Shown here piece by piece: positions 13,135-26,615 of a stretch of DNA of 64,000 bases (positions are counted from its first letter, which is position 1; each line of letters opens with the position of its first letter). This DNA is from Sphyrna mokarran (lineage: Eukaryota). The notes under the pieces were generated by a model. It was not told the DNA's origin. It worked only from the letters and a program-made list of their open reading frames with translations, and searched no databases. The stretch covers positions 53,072,001 through 53,136,000 of the forward strand of contig JAGIQG010000013.1 of the NCBI GenBank assembly GCA_024679065.1. Direction: 5' to 3'. The position numbers were made by a program, and so were the translations under genes.

Positions 13135-13724
13135 GAGGGGTGGTGCTGCACTCTGGGCCTTCAACACAATGTGTCTCATTGAGATGGTTTGTTTTATACA
13201 ATTCCCACAAAACACCTATCTAATCACATGGAGATGACAGTAAACAAACAATTGTTTAACCACCCTCAAAGGGAATCAGAAAGTGGTTCACCCTAAGTGG
13301 CTTGGGATTTTGCTACAATCCCAAGGATTAAAACTGGAGGGCAGACTATCTTCTCCATTCAACGATGACGAACATGGCTAAAAAAACCAGGCAAGAGACA
13401 AAATAAAAATAAAAAATCCTAGAAGTAAAAATATGGATCAAATATCTATTTTCAAATCTCAAGGCTGACTCATTTTCTCAACAGATTGGTCCTTTTTTTC
13501 CTCCCAACAAATATGTTTGCAATTAGGGTTAGCATCACTGACAAGACCAGTATTTTTATTCCATTCTTAATGGCCCTCAGAGTGGAGCAGGTGCAGTCAA
13601 TGTGACTAAGGTGCTCTCACAACATTGCTATATAGCAAGTTTCACAACTGAGTGATCCATCAGGGTAAGCTTGTTGTTCCTCTTTCTCATACAACTGAGT
13701 GACAATTTCTCAGAGCGGCTAAAA

Positions 13725-14480
13725 ATCACAAGAATGTAAGTAGTGGAAGCTGGAGAAGGTCTTTTGACCCACTGAGCCTGCTCCACCATTCAACAAGACC
13801 ATTGGTGATTTTCAACTTCATCCGGCCTTCCAACACCATTCCCATGACTTTTACTTCCTAAAGTATTCAAAAGACATTCAGTCTCAATCTTAAATATACT
13901 CAACAACTCTGACACAGGAAGATTCCAAAGATTCCCAACCTTCTAAAGAAAGACAGTTTTCCTCTTAAATGACTTATTCTGAGATTGTGACCCCATGTTC
14001 TGGATATCCTAGCTAAGGTAAACCAAAACTGCACACCATACATAGAATCCCTCCAGTGCAGAAGGAGACCATTCAGCCTACTTAGTCTGCACCGACCATA
14101 ATACCACATATTTACCTGCTAAACCCTTGACATTAGCGTCAATTTAGCATGGCCAATCAATCTAATCTGCACATCTTTGGATTGTGGGAGGAAATCAAAG
14201 CATCCGGAGGAAACTCGCGCAAATATGAGGAGAATGTGCAAATTCCACACAGGCAGTGAAGGCTGGAATTGAACCCGGGTCTCTGATGCTATGAGGCAGC
14301 AGTGCTAACCACCGTGTCATCATGCCACCCCTCCAGATGTAGCCTTACCATTGTTCTGTACAATTACAACAAAATCTCCTTACTCTTATGCTCTTTTTTA
14401 ACAATAGCTAAGATATACTTAATTGCTTGCTGCAGTTGCATTTTAACTTCCAACAATCCATGCACAAGAAACTCAAGTCA
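13725..14480 (-). mobile_element. CR1 3' portion, interrupted by HE1
   Basis: Tail gagcctgctccaccattcaa. The CR1 motif ccaaaactgcacaccata breaks at about 14040 and resumes as ctccagatgt at about 14331. Confidence 0.72.
14040..14330 (-). mobile_element. HE1 SINE
   Basis: catagaatccctccagtgcagaaggag...caatttagcatggccaatc...gcagcagtgctaaccaccgtg. Confidence 0.9.
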
Positions 14481-14519
14481 GTCCAAATGGAAACAACTGA
14501 ATGCAAACTTATTGCTTGC

Positions 14520-14775
14520 ATGGGAACTGGAGTTATATATAACCCAAAATGGACAAGGAGGGCATGTTTCTTTTCCTCAAGCATGTCATGACAATTTACA
14601 GAAATCCAATATCATTGAGTTCGCTTGCCCTGACAACAGCTTATAGCTCCATAATTTTGAACTGTAATTCAAATTCTCAAACTGGCATAATGGAGTTTGA
14701 ACTAAGTGTTCTTTGGATTATTAATTTGGTCCTTCAGCTGACTAATTCAGTAACATGACCATTAACTACAGTACC
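14520..14775 (-). mobile_element. tRNA-derived SINE (family not named), 5' part, decayed
   Basis: Reverse complement of a head (ggagtttgaact...ggattattaatttgg...cagtaacatgaccatta). Appears related to 15293-15490. Confidence 0.45.
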
Positions 14776-15292
14776 TATAAATCACGCAGTTGTATTTTGT
14801 AATTATTCAGAATTTATCATGAGGTTTATGCAAACAAATTATGTGTCCTATATTAAATGCAACTGATGGAAATGGGACAGGAAATAGATTTTATTCATGT
14901 AAATGTCAGTCCAATCAGGACTGAAAGCAGGCATGCCAACACGAGCTATGTAGAGGGCATCCCTAGTTTATAATAAGAATTCAAACTGACTTTAGTACTG
15001 CCTCCTTCTTTGCTTTTAACAATGCAACAGACAATAAGTACACTGTGTTGGAAGCTTAAGTGCCCACTTTCTGCCTGAGACAAGGGTGAAACATCAATGG
15101 ATTTCGAGCCCATGAGTGGGGTGTTTGCCTGCTGGACTCTACTTAAAAACGTCGAGATCCAATTGCTCTATCTGCAGAAATGAGCTCTTCACTTTTATGA
15201 ATCCAGCTAAAGAAACATATTTACTCCCAATGTAGACATATAGATCTAAGTTTGTACTTCAGCTTGGGTCTTTATAATATATCTTTTGTTCA

Positions 15293-15490
15293 TTTTTTCA
15301 TGGGATGTGAGCATCGCTGGCTAAAGCCAGCATTTATTACACATCCCAAATTAGCTCGAATGGAATAACTTGTTTGGCCATTGCAGAAGGACAATTAAGA
15401 GCCAACCACATAGCTGTGGATCTGCACTCACACATTGGCCAGACTGGGCAAGGCTATTAATGAACCAGGTGGGTTTTTATGACAATGGAA
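15293..15490 (-). mobile_element. SINE 3' part sharing its tail with the second LINE family
   Basis: catgggatgtgagcatcgctggctaaagccagcatttatt tail joined to a non-LINE body (ttaagagccaaccacatagctgtggatctg...gaaccaggtgggtttttatgacaat). Confidence 0.65.
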
Positions 15491-16634
15491 TTCACATACA
15501 TGTTCAGTGGAGGTTCTTCAACAAATTCAGAAATCTCTTTTCAAGAAGCTGAATGTGCACTTACTAAGAAGTATTTCCTTTCCAGGATGGTTTACTACAG
15601 CCAAATGACAGGTTATTTCTTTCAATAATATCTAATTACACAAAGAAATGTTCATTAGCTCTAATTCATATTTCTAGGCACAACTCCAAAGCATTATTCT
15701 TCCCACTTAAAAATTTTCTTACTTACAAATTGTTTTATATCCAACACTCTTTGGCAGCTGCGAGCAACGTTGTTAAAACCTAATTAAATGCCTTGCTCAA
15801 AAGAAAATGCAAATTAACTTGACATAGACATTGGGCGTAGTTTTCCTGACCCATCACTCCAGGAATTGTAGCAGGCGGGACACGGAGCATGCAAAGGTCT
15901 GTTGACCTTTCTGGCAAACACTGCCAGAAAGTTATGCGCTTTGTCCCCAAAAAACTTCCAAGCACAGTGTCATTTTGGGTAGGATTTTCGCAAAGTTGGA
16001 GAAAGTGTGGTGGCATGAAAATGGCAGCAAAAACACAATTCCGTGATTTTCAACTGGACACTCAGGACCCCAAATTTTCAGTGGCTTGTATTCTTCCCTC
16101 CTGACTTGGGCAGCTCCACTGTGAGGGAAGGCATGCATTAGTTCTTTCAATTTTTGTGGAGTCAAGTCACCTCAGAGTTGTTGTGAACCATAACCTGGAT
16201 GAGGAAACCATTTGAATGGTAAATTAAAATGATCTTAACAGTGCCTCACATGAAAAAAATACCCCTCTACTCAACTCCTACGGCAACATGTACCCTCCAT
16301 GCTGAGTAATGGTACTTCTACACATATTCTGACACTATAAACTCTGTTCAGAGTGAATGAACTTCATATACATAATAGGACATCTGAAGTGGCTTTGAAA
16401 AAACATTAATTTTTTCACAATGGCCCTACTAAACTGTCAATCAACTTGATCATTTAATGTATCAACTTTAGAAACGTCAAGCACTTGAAACCACTTTATC
16501 TTGGGTAAGTAAAGATTGTGCAATTGACAGATTAGAACAGTGAGCAAGAGCTGTCATTCAAGCAGTGTTTTCCTGGGGTGTAACTATTTCAACAGTATAA
16601 TGGATGTCTGAGCTTTCAGATAATTATTTAACCT

Positions 16635-18965
16635 TGAACATTGAATAGTACAGCACAGTACATGCCTTTTAGCCTGTGATGTTATGCCGAGCTATGTCCA
16701 AACCCAAGATCAAGCCATCCCACTCCCTGTCATTCTGGTGTGCTCCATGTGCCTATCCAATAACCAACTGAAAGTATCCGACTCTGTTATCACAGCAGAT
16801 AATGCATTCCACATGCCAGCCACTCTCTGAGTAAAGAATCTACCTCAGACATCCCTCCTATATTTCCCACCATGAGCCTTATAGTTATGCTTCCTAGTTA
16901 CAGCTCCATGCACTTGAGGAAATAGTCTCTGCACGTCCACTCTATCTATCCCCCTCATCATCTTATAAACTCTATTAAGTCATCGCTCATTCTCCTCTGC
17001 AGTAGGAGAAAAAGCCTCCTAGGAGTAAAAAAAAGGAGAAAGATCTCTTTGTTCCTCACATTCCTCAGAATCCTGCTGTTGACCCTGTAATCTATATTCA
17101 AGTTTGTCCTACCAAAATGAAACACTTCACACTTATCAGGATTAAACTCCATCTGCCACTTTTCTGCCTCCTATCAATGCCCCTTTGCAGCTTACAAAGA
17201 GCCCTCCACCTCATCCATTGCTCCACCAATCTTAATGTCATCAGCAAATTTACTAACCCACCCTTCCGCCCCCTCTTCCAAGTCATTGATAAAAATCACA
17301 AATAGCAGAGGACCCAGCACTGATCCCTGTGGTACACCACTGGTAACTGGCCTCCCAGTCTGAAAATCTTCCCTCCTCCACCTTCCATGAGAAAGCCAGT
17401 CACTTATTCAATTAGCCAAATTTCTTTCTATCCCATACCTCCCCACTTTTCTCATGAGCCTACCATGGGGAACCTTATCAAATGCCTTACTAAAATCTCC
17501 GTATATGACATCAACTGCTCCACCTTTGTCTACACACTTAGTTATTGCCTCAAAGAATTCAATCAAATTTGAGAGGCAGGACTTACCCCCTCACAAAACT
17601 GTGCTGGATTAAACTGCATCTTTCCAAATGGTCATAAATCCTATCTCGCAGGACCCTTTCCATTAACTTACTGACCACCGAAGTAAGACTAACTGGCCTA
17701 TAATTACTAGGGCCATTCCTATTTCCTTTCTTGAAGGGAGGAACAACATTCTCTGCTCTCCTGTACAATTCCAGTGGATAGTGAGGACCTGAAGATCAAA
17801 GCTAAAGGCTTTGCAATCTCATCCTTCCCTCCTAAAGTATCCTACGATGTAAGCCAGGGGACTTATCAACCTTCAGGTTTTTCAAAATTGCTAATACATC
17901 TTTCTTGAGAACAATTATGTCCTCCATCCTATCAGCCTATATCATGCACTTATCCTCAAAATCATGGCCCCTCTCCTTAGTGAGCACTGAAGAAAAGTAT
18001 TCATTCAATGTCTCACCTATCTGTTTTGACTCCAAGCACAAGTTCCCATGACTATCCTTGTCTGCCCCTAATCTCACCTTGGTCATTCTTTTATTTTGCA
18101 CATGAGAGTAAAAAGCCTTGGGGTTTTCCTTTATTCAACCCACCAAGGACTTCTCATGCCCCCTCCTAGTCTCCTAAGCCCCTTTTTTAAGCTCATTCCT
18201 AGCTACCTGGTAACCCTCAAGTGACCCAACTGAACCTTGATTTTTCATTCATACATACGTTTTCTTTTTCCTCTTCACAAGACGTTCAACCTCCTTTGTG
18301 AATCATGGTTCTCTCACTTGGCCATTTCCTCCTGCCTGCCAGGAACATACCTATCAAGAGCACACAATGTCTATTCCTTGAAAAAGTTCCATTTTTTGTT
18401 TGTGCCCATACCTAATAGTTTCTGTCCTACCTTATGCTCTCTAATTCTTGCCTAATCACATCATAATTACCTGCCTCAATTATAAACCTTGCCCTGCCTT
18501 GTGACCCTATCCCTCTCCATTGCAATAATAAAGGACACCAAATTGTAGTCATTATCTCTGAAGTGCTCTCTCACAAACAAACCTAACACTTGGCCCAGGT
18601 CATTACCCAGTACCTTGTCCAATGTGGCTCCACCTCTTATTGGCTTATCCACATATTGTGTCAAGAAACATTCCTGCACACACTGTACAAAAAGTGTCCG
18701 ATCTGAACTATTCAACCTATAAAAGGTTCCAATCAATATTTGGAAAGTTAAAGTTACCCATGATAACTACCCTGTGACCTCCACACCTATTCATAATTTG
18801 CCATTTCCTCCTCCACATCTCTATTACTATTTGGGCGCCAATAGAAAACTCCTAACAGCATGACCGATTCTTTCCAATCTCTAACTTCAGCCCATATTAC
18901 CATAGTAGGCAGATCCTCCTCGAAATGCCTTTCAGCAGCCATTAAACTATCCTTGATTAACAACG
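16635..18965 (-). mobile_element. CR1 LINE ORF2 relic (endonuclease + RT, internally deleted)
   Basis: ORF fragments FLTQYVDKPIRGGATLDKVLGN, FKKGNRNGPSNYRPVSLTSVVSKLMERVLRDRIYDHLE and MEFNPDKCEVFHFGRTN. 3' tail near 16640. Confidence 0.93.
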
Positions 18966-20029
18966 TAATTAACCTACAGAAATTTTTATCTGTCCTGGTC
19001 TGACAGAGCTCATTATTAATAAGTTAAAACTCACTTGTATTTGATGCCTTGTTTGAAACATTTGTACAGTAACTTGTATGCTTAGTCATAGAAGTTGGAT
19101 GAAAAATAAGGTCACCCACCAGTTTCCGTGTAGAAAAAGATAACAACACATTTAAATGAGAGATACGCCATGAATTGGGAATTACTATGAACTGTTGGAC
19201 AATTTGTGCCTCTGTCATCAGCCATACAAAATGAAAACTCACTACCAATGTCCTCATGGATATCACACAAGTGTTGCATTGAGCTATAAACATAAATGAA
19301 TTTCATTTCCATGATGTAAGGAGCTTGTTAAGATTCAAGTTTTGAGCCTTGAAGCCAGTAAAAAGAATAATTGACAATAAGGAGTTCCACAAGAGGATAA
19401 ATTGATCTTAGACAATCTAGATTTTTACTTTTCTTTCTGTCTCCACCTCTTAATTCAATCTTTCTTTTTTTTTGTATATCATTTGACTCAAATTCACACT
19501 ATTTTTTTCCTGTCATTTCCTCTGTTTCTTTCCCTACCTTTAAGCTCCTTTAATTAAGGAGATAAACCATTGGGCACAAAGCTCATGACGTTCCATTCAC
19601 ATTTTGCATTGCAGGTATATGATCTGAAGGATGAGGTAAAAATGTGGTGCATTGCTTCAGCAATATCTGAGCCACTGTATCTTTAAATATACTATAAAAA
19701 AACTTCAATATTGGAAATGAGTCCTTAATTGATCTACAATTTATTAAAAATCTATTATACTTATATTTAAGTTGTCTAAATAATGCACACTTTCTGAAGG
19801 TCACATATTCCAGTGGATTGAAAAACTCAAGTTAATGTCACAATTAAACAGAGAGGCAGAGTGCATGAAACCAGAGAGTAGCTTGATCTAAAACCTAGAA
19901 CTCCCCTTCTACCAGCACTTTGGATGTATCTACACTACATGACTCGCAATGGTTCAAGAAGATGACTCATCACCATCTCAACTGCAATTAGCAACAGGCA
20001 ACAAACACTGGCCCTCCAGAAATTCCAGA

Positions 20030-22020
20030 AACAAATGTTAATCTTAAGGCTACCATTGGGAAAATGTTCGAATTCATTATTAGGGAAGTAATAGCACAAC
20101 ATTTTGAAAATTGTAGTACAATAAAGCAAAGACAACATGATTTTATGGTAGGGAAATCGTGTTTGATAAATTTATTAGAGTTCTTTGAGGACTTAACAGG
20201 CAGAGTGGTTAAAGGGGAAACTGATAGATGTAATGTACTTGGGTTTCCAAAGGTAATTCAATAAGGAGCCATATAAAATGTTGTGGCACAGGAGAAGAGT
20301 TCATGGTGTTCAAGATAATATATTAGCAGGGATAGAGAACTGGGTAAGTAACAGGGAACAGAAAATCAGGATAAATGGATCATTTTCAGATTGGTAAGCT
20401 GTAACCAATGGAGTTTCACAGACATTTGTGCTGGAGCTTCAACTATTGATGATTTATATCGATAATTGGATGAAGGGACTGAATGTAATGTATTCAAATT
20501 TTCTTGGTGATAAAGATAATTGGGAAAGATAGTTCTGAGGAGGATACAAAGGACTGAATTCTATCTGGAGGAAGGAATTCAAGTCAAGGGCTGTTGTTAA
20601 CGGATAGTTCCCTGCACTATCCAACATGGGAAAGACATTGGGTGGGGTGCTCACTGGGTAATTGGGGCAGCCAAATTGCATTTCAAGGGTTTAATTGGGA
20701 CCATTAAGAGAGCTAGCAGGCATTTTGCTGGAGTTAGAGAAGTTTCCTGTCACATGGGCAAGCCTCCAGCTTCATTGAGGCATGCAGCATACAAGGACAG
20801 AGAAGGGTCGGTATCAAAGCTGGATGCTTCAGGCCCAATGAGAGGGCTATCCCAATGGTCCCAACAATTCTTCCCAGAGGAGTTTGTCTTTCTCAGCCAC
20901 CGAATTTATTATTTTTAGTTTCTTTACCTGGAAATGCCGTGAGGTCTTTCAGCTGCCCTAAGAATACTGACCTCTGCTGTGGGTGCTGCTGAAGCTTCAC
21001 AGCTGGTAGCAAAGGAACCCACCCCCTGTCCTTAAGTGGATGGCAGGCCTGAAGGGAGCCAATTTACAGTAAAGTCACCAGACTTATTCTGCAGCCATCA
21101 ATTGTGAGCTCACAATCCTCCTTATGTCCCTACTTCAGGATCAAGGAGCCAGCAGTAAAGTTCAGCTCATAAGGCCCACAAAACTATATAAACAGTTAAA
21201 TAAATGGGCAAAAGACTTGGCAGTTAGAGTATAATGTGGGAAAATGTGAGGTGACCCAAACTTTGGTAGCGAGTTAAGAAAAACAAAATAATTTTTAGTT
21301 GGAGAGAGACTGCAAAACTCTGCAATATGGAAGAATCTAAGAGTCATCATACATGAATCACAATGTCAGCATGCAGGTCCAACAGTCATTAGAAAGGTAA
21401 ATAGAATGCTGATGTGAAGAATATAAGTATAGAAGTAGAAGAATCTTGCTCTACCTACTGAAGGTTTTAGTGAACCCAGTGTACAGTGTTAGTTACCTCA
21501 TTTAAAAAGATATATACTTCCATGGAAAACAGTTCAGAGAAGATTCAATAGGTTGACTCCCAAAGTAAAATGGTGATCTTACAGAGGAAAGGTTCAGCAA
21601 GTTGCGCTGATATTCACTGGAGTTCAGGGAAGTAAGAGCTAACCTTATTGAACGGATTTAATATAGTAGATATTGACAGAATGTGTCCTATCATGGAGAA
21701 ATTTAGAACAAGGAGGCACAGCTTCAAAATAAGGGGTCTCTGATTTATAACAGAGGGGACAAAGAACTTCTTCTCTCAGAGAATTGTTAATATTTGGAAT
21801 TCTCTACCTAACAGCTGTGGAGGCTGAGTCGTTGAATATATTCAAGACTGAGTTAGACAGATTTTTGAATTACTGAGGGGCAAAAATTATGGAGAGCAGG
21901 AAGATAAATGGAGTTGAGTTCAAGAACAGATCAACCATAATTGTATTGAGTAGTGGAGCAGATGAGATGGTCTGCTCCTATTTCTATATTATTCCTATTA
22001 TCCTATATCAATCCTATTAT
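20030..22020 (+). mobile_element. CR1 LINE RT and 3' end, interrupted at 20551-21168
   Basis: QHDFMVGKSCLINLLEFFEDLT motif, CR1 3' UTR and simple-repeat tail at about 21980-22020. Confidence 0.9.
20551..21168. mobile_element. Non-autonomous DNA element inserted into CR1
   Basis: Imperfect inverted termini ggactgaattcta / gtaaagttcagctc. GC-richer than its flanks. CR1 sequence resumes on both sides. Confidence 0.6.
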
Positions 22021-22844
22021 TAGAAAACAATGTTAAGCCACTTTTAAAAAAAAATTCATAAGATTAAACTTGACTACTATCCAGTTATTCAAGGATTTTA
22101 TTTTACAAATATTTTATTTCATTATCTCTTAGTATATCTTTCACCAACTTCTACCAAATTCTCTGACCCAGCATAAGCTATGGGCAGCATATACAAAGAA
22201 ATGACTTGAAATACATTGCTGTGAGTCAAATCTCTCATCTCAATAAATTTCAAACAAATCATAACATTTCTAAAGTTAAGGTAGCTACCTGCATATCGAA
22301 TCCCTTGTCTCTCCTTCAAATATGGTAATTGGACTGTAATGATTATGATCCAAGGAGAAGATAATTTGTCTGTTTTAGGTTTCTAAGAGAAAAGTATTGC
22401 ATGTAGCCTACCAATATCATCCACCATTAAAAAAACCCCATAAAAGCAATTGTGCTCCACTTGGATGAACTTATGACAGTGAAAATCAAGGAAGATATAT
22501 GAACTTCAAAGCTACAAGGGAGAAGTATTCTGCTTTTTTTCCTGAAGAGCAAAAATAGGGACATCAGGAAAATCATCAGCACTAATTACTGGAAGATCCA
22601 AACAAAACAAGTATGAATATCAGTCAAAAATCTTATACTGCACTGAGAATATAATGGACTTTCTGGTTGTGGGGAAATGCTTTGCCATCATTACAATAGG
22701 CCACTTACCACCTTTCAAGCCAAGTTTGAGATTATGACAGAGTTATGAATTTAAAGTTTAAAACTCCCAAAAGTGCATGCAATAAAACATTAATTTCAAT
22801 TCATTACCATTGATTTTGTCTAATTCAAAACTGATTAATATTTT

Positions 22845-24290
22845 CTTTATTCTTTCATGGGACATGGTACTATTCACTAGGCCAGAATTTGCTACCCATT
22901 TCTATTGTCCTTAGAAGGTGGTGGTGAGCCAGCTTCATGAACCGCTCTAATCCATGTGGTACAAGTATACCACAGTGCTGTTACGAAGGGAATTCCACCA
23001 TTTTGACCCAACAACACTGAAGGAACAGTGATGTAGTCCTAAATCAAGATTTTGTATGGCTTCGAGGGTAACCTGGTGGTGTTTCCATGCATCTGCTGCC
23101 ATTGTCCATCCAGCTGGTAGAAGATCACAAGTTTGAAAGGTCAAAGTGAAGTGCTACAGTGCATCTTGGATATAGTATGCACTGTTGCTGTGAGTTGGTG
23201 GTAGCGGGAGTGAATATTTGTGAATGGATTGGTAATTAAGTGAGCAGCTTTGTGCTGGATGGTGTTAAGCTTCTTGAGAGTTGCTGAAGCTGCATTCATC
23301 CAGCCAAGTGGAAAATATTCCATCACACTCCTGGACTTGTATCTTGTAGATTGATTCCCCAAAGTCTATCCACAGGCGGTGAGAATTACGAGCCTCTTAT
23401 CTGCCTTTCTAGCTATGCTATTTATATGGCTGGTCCAGTTAAGTTCTGTTCAGTGGCTCTCTCAAGGATTTTGATAGTGGGAGATTCAGTGATGTTATTG
23501 AATGTTATTGAAAGGGGAAATGGTTTGATTTTTCCTATTAGATGATGATCATTGCCTGGCACTTGTGTGTTATGAATATTATTTGCTATTTATCAACCCA
23601 AGTCTGAATGATGTCCATGTTTTACTGCATTTAGACATGGTCTGCATCAGTATCTGAGAAGTCACAAATGAAACTAAGCATTATATAATCTCAGCAAACA
23701 AGCTTATTTCTGACCTTAAGATTAAAGGAAGATAATTGATTCATCAGATGAAGTTGGTTGGGCCAAGAACACTATCCTCAGGATCTCCTGCAGCAATATA
23801 CTAGGACTAAAATTATTGGTTGGTAACAACTACGACCATCTTCCTTTGGGCTAGGTATAGCTCTAACTAGTGGAAAGATTTTTTTTATTCTTTCATGTAA
23901 GTGAGCATTGCTGGCCAGGCCAGCATTTATTGCCCATCCCTAACTGGCTTTGAGAAAGGGCAAGTTTTCCCCAATTTCTAATGCCTTCAATTTTGAAATG
24001 AATTGGTTGATGTTTGGCATCTATAATGTTGGGGACAGCAGAAGGAGGCCTAGATCCATCATTCAATTGACATTTCTGGCTGAGGGTGATTTCTAAATGC
24101 TTCAGTTCAACTTTTAAAATAATGTGCTGGGCTTCCCATTAGTGAGGATGGGGATATTCATAGAGCTTTATTCTCTGATTAGTTGTTTAATTGATACCAC
24201 CATTCAAGTTTGGATCTGGAACTTTGATCTGATCTGATATGTTGCTTGTGTGATTGTAAGGCTCTGTCCAACATTTCCACTGTTTAACAT
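22845..24290 (-). mobile_element. CR1/L2-group LINE 3' 1.4 kb (second family)
   Basis: ORF fragment YKSRSVMEYFPLGWMNAASATLKKLNTIQHKAAHLI. Same tail as 2690-3360, with an extra tail fragment at about 23880-23960. Confidence 0.8.
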
Positions 24291-24621
24291 GTTTGGAATT
24301 AGAACCAAGGCTGGAAGTTGACTGAGGCATGCTGAGGTAGAATCACAGATATATAATGTATAATTATAAATTTTCAGTTTAAAAAAGCTGAATCCAAAAT
24401 AAGAATATTAGTTTTAGATTGACCAAGTACAACATAATCCATTCTATTCTCCTCTGTTTAATAACAAAGCAAACTTTATTTAGAACAGAATAGATCAGAG
24501 AAACTAGCATTATGTATGCCTTTATGTGTGAGGAACATTGTTATAAAAATAAGATCTCAATGATACTCATCTTAAAATCACTAATAACTTGCTAATTTAA
24601 GATCCTCTAACCTCAACAGAT

Positions 24622-24743
24622 GGGGCTTTTTGGCTACACTCGTCCAGACACCAGAAATCCCACCTGAGACCAATGAACTGTTCCATGGTCTGCCTCTTGC
24701 CTACTACGATTCCCGCAATGGATGGAATGGGAAAATTTGCCCC
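24622..24743. mobile_element. Short MITE (Harbinger-like termini)
   Basis: ggggcttttt...ggaaaatttgcccc. Reverse-complement similarity to 47059-47183. Confidence 0.6.
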
Positions 24744-25530
24744 AATGTCTCCTGTAGTTATTGAGATGTATGTCTTATGAGCACGTGGTGAATTTGAACT
24801 AAGTTAAAAAGTGGAAGTAGTGACAGTGTGCAACCCAATGGTTCTTCATTAGCATTTTAAAGGCATATATTTTTGCTCACATTTTGTGCTAGTTTTAGAC
24901 TGGAGGCAACCAGAAAATTAAGGTGCAAAAAGAAAATTGTATTTCTCCACTGATCTTTTCGCGTGAAAGTTATGTTAAAAGTCTATAGTCCAAATGTTTA
25001 TTTAACAATGTGACAATATGAAAAAGATCATTGAAATGGCTTTAAGTGCTTAAAGTAGTCTTCAAAGAGAAAAATGGGCAATCCAATCTTATACCTATAA
25101 TTAAAATGACTATAGATATTGATAATATTCTGGCTAATGTTCTTTTAAACAATGCAGAATACTATTGTTAGTCAGTTCAGCACCACATCTGTGGCAGAGT
25201 GATAGAAATCAATAAACAAGGAAGCGCAATGCATACCATGTGAAATGATTATAGCCCTTGCTGCTTGCATTTGTACAAAGTTAATGGCTTTGAGTAATTA
25301 CTAAAAGCTTCGTTCACAATAGCATACAAAAGCTCACAACAGTCCTCAAAACATTCATCATTAATCATTCACTTCACTTTTGGTGCTTCTACAAATGGTA
25401 CATGCAGTTTTATTAGCTCTTAATCATAGAGCAGCAAGTCGATCTGTTCAGTCTAACCTACAAATACTAGCAGCATGAAATCAGAGGAAAAGAACAAGTA
25501 AGTTGAGAAAACCATGCAGTGATGACAGAC

Positions 25531-25641
25531 CTTTGGAGGGAGGTCCATTTTTTGGTCAGGAGACATAACGTAAGCAGCTTGCGTGTAGGCATAGCTTTTG
25601 TAGCGTTTAGAAGGTGAAGGAGTGCGTACATGGACTGTGAT
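25531..25641 (-). CDS. dmd: Dystrophin exon 9 (hinge 1)
   Basis: ttcccctttctag|ATC...CCAAAG|gtctgt. 111 nt. Translates ITVHVRTPSPSKRYKSYAYTQAAYVMSPDQKMDLPPK. The KSYAYTQAAYV motif is dystrophin-specific and absent from utrophin. Confidence 0.96.
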
Positions 25642-26439
25642 CTAGAAAGGGGAAATTGGGAAAAGCACACAAATAATGTGGAAAGAGTGTCAGCAAGTAG
25701 AAAAGTATGAAAAACAAATATAAACTGAGTGATGAAAACTTAGCAACACCACAAGAAATTTGCGCAATTATACTGTTCATACCAATGACTTCTTATTGGA
25801 GTTAGATAGAGAAGCACTAAAATAAAAGCCAGAATTGCAAGTTCCTCCATTACTAATATTGAAAGCAGCAGAAATAATTTCCATGAGAAGAACTAAATGT
25901 CAACCTGTCTTTTAGATAGGCACATTAGCTTTTCACGGGCTGAAGTAGAAAACATTATTTCTATGTGGCACTCCAAACAGCAACCTTGTTAAAAACCTTC
26001 ATGTTAGTGTACCTTGGGTTAGTGGGACCTTCCCAGGTAATTATAATTATTTCTAAAACTATTGAATTTATATCTCATTAAGCCTTAACCAATCAAAAAA
26101 CTCAAAACATAAGCATTTTGCATTAAAAAATCACTGGCATACAAGGATGATTATTAACTGAGTTAACAAAAGATTCAAACTCATATTCTTCTATGCAGGT
26201 TTTGAAAAGTTATTACTGATCATTTGCCTACAGAAGCTTTTACATTTATAATAAGGCAAACAATGAGATATCCCGATCGCGCTGATGTCGATGGCAATTT
26301 GTATGGCTTGCCCATCTTGCTGCCAGAGAGCTGGGGAGGTCCGAGTAGATGCCTATGACAGAATTGGAAGATCCTGCTGATGAGGGGCCAGATAATTTCA
26401 TCCATAATCTGGTTAGTCAGGTGACCTGACCATTTCTCA

Positions 26440-26615
26440 GCCAAAAACAGGAAAAGAAAAACAAAGTATTCGGTCATCTATTTCACTGATGTTTGTGAGC
26501 ACATTTGCTGCCACAACCTACATTCCAACAATAATTAAACTTCACAAACATTTCATTGGCAGGAATGTGCTCTGAACAAAGGTTCTGAAACGTACTATAA
26601 AACGCAAGCTTTTTT
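26440..26615 (+). mobile_element. DeuSINE 3' part
   Basis: ggtcatctatttcactgatgtttgtg...cctacattccaacaa...ttcattggc...ctataaaacgcaagc. Confidence 0.6.

Noticed and set aside
21125-21160. Minus-strand LLDPE, resembling the end of exon 7
   Set aside because: Wrong position (intron 9), lies inside a DNA-element insertion, and there is no further similarity.
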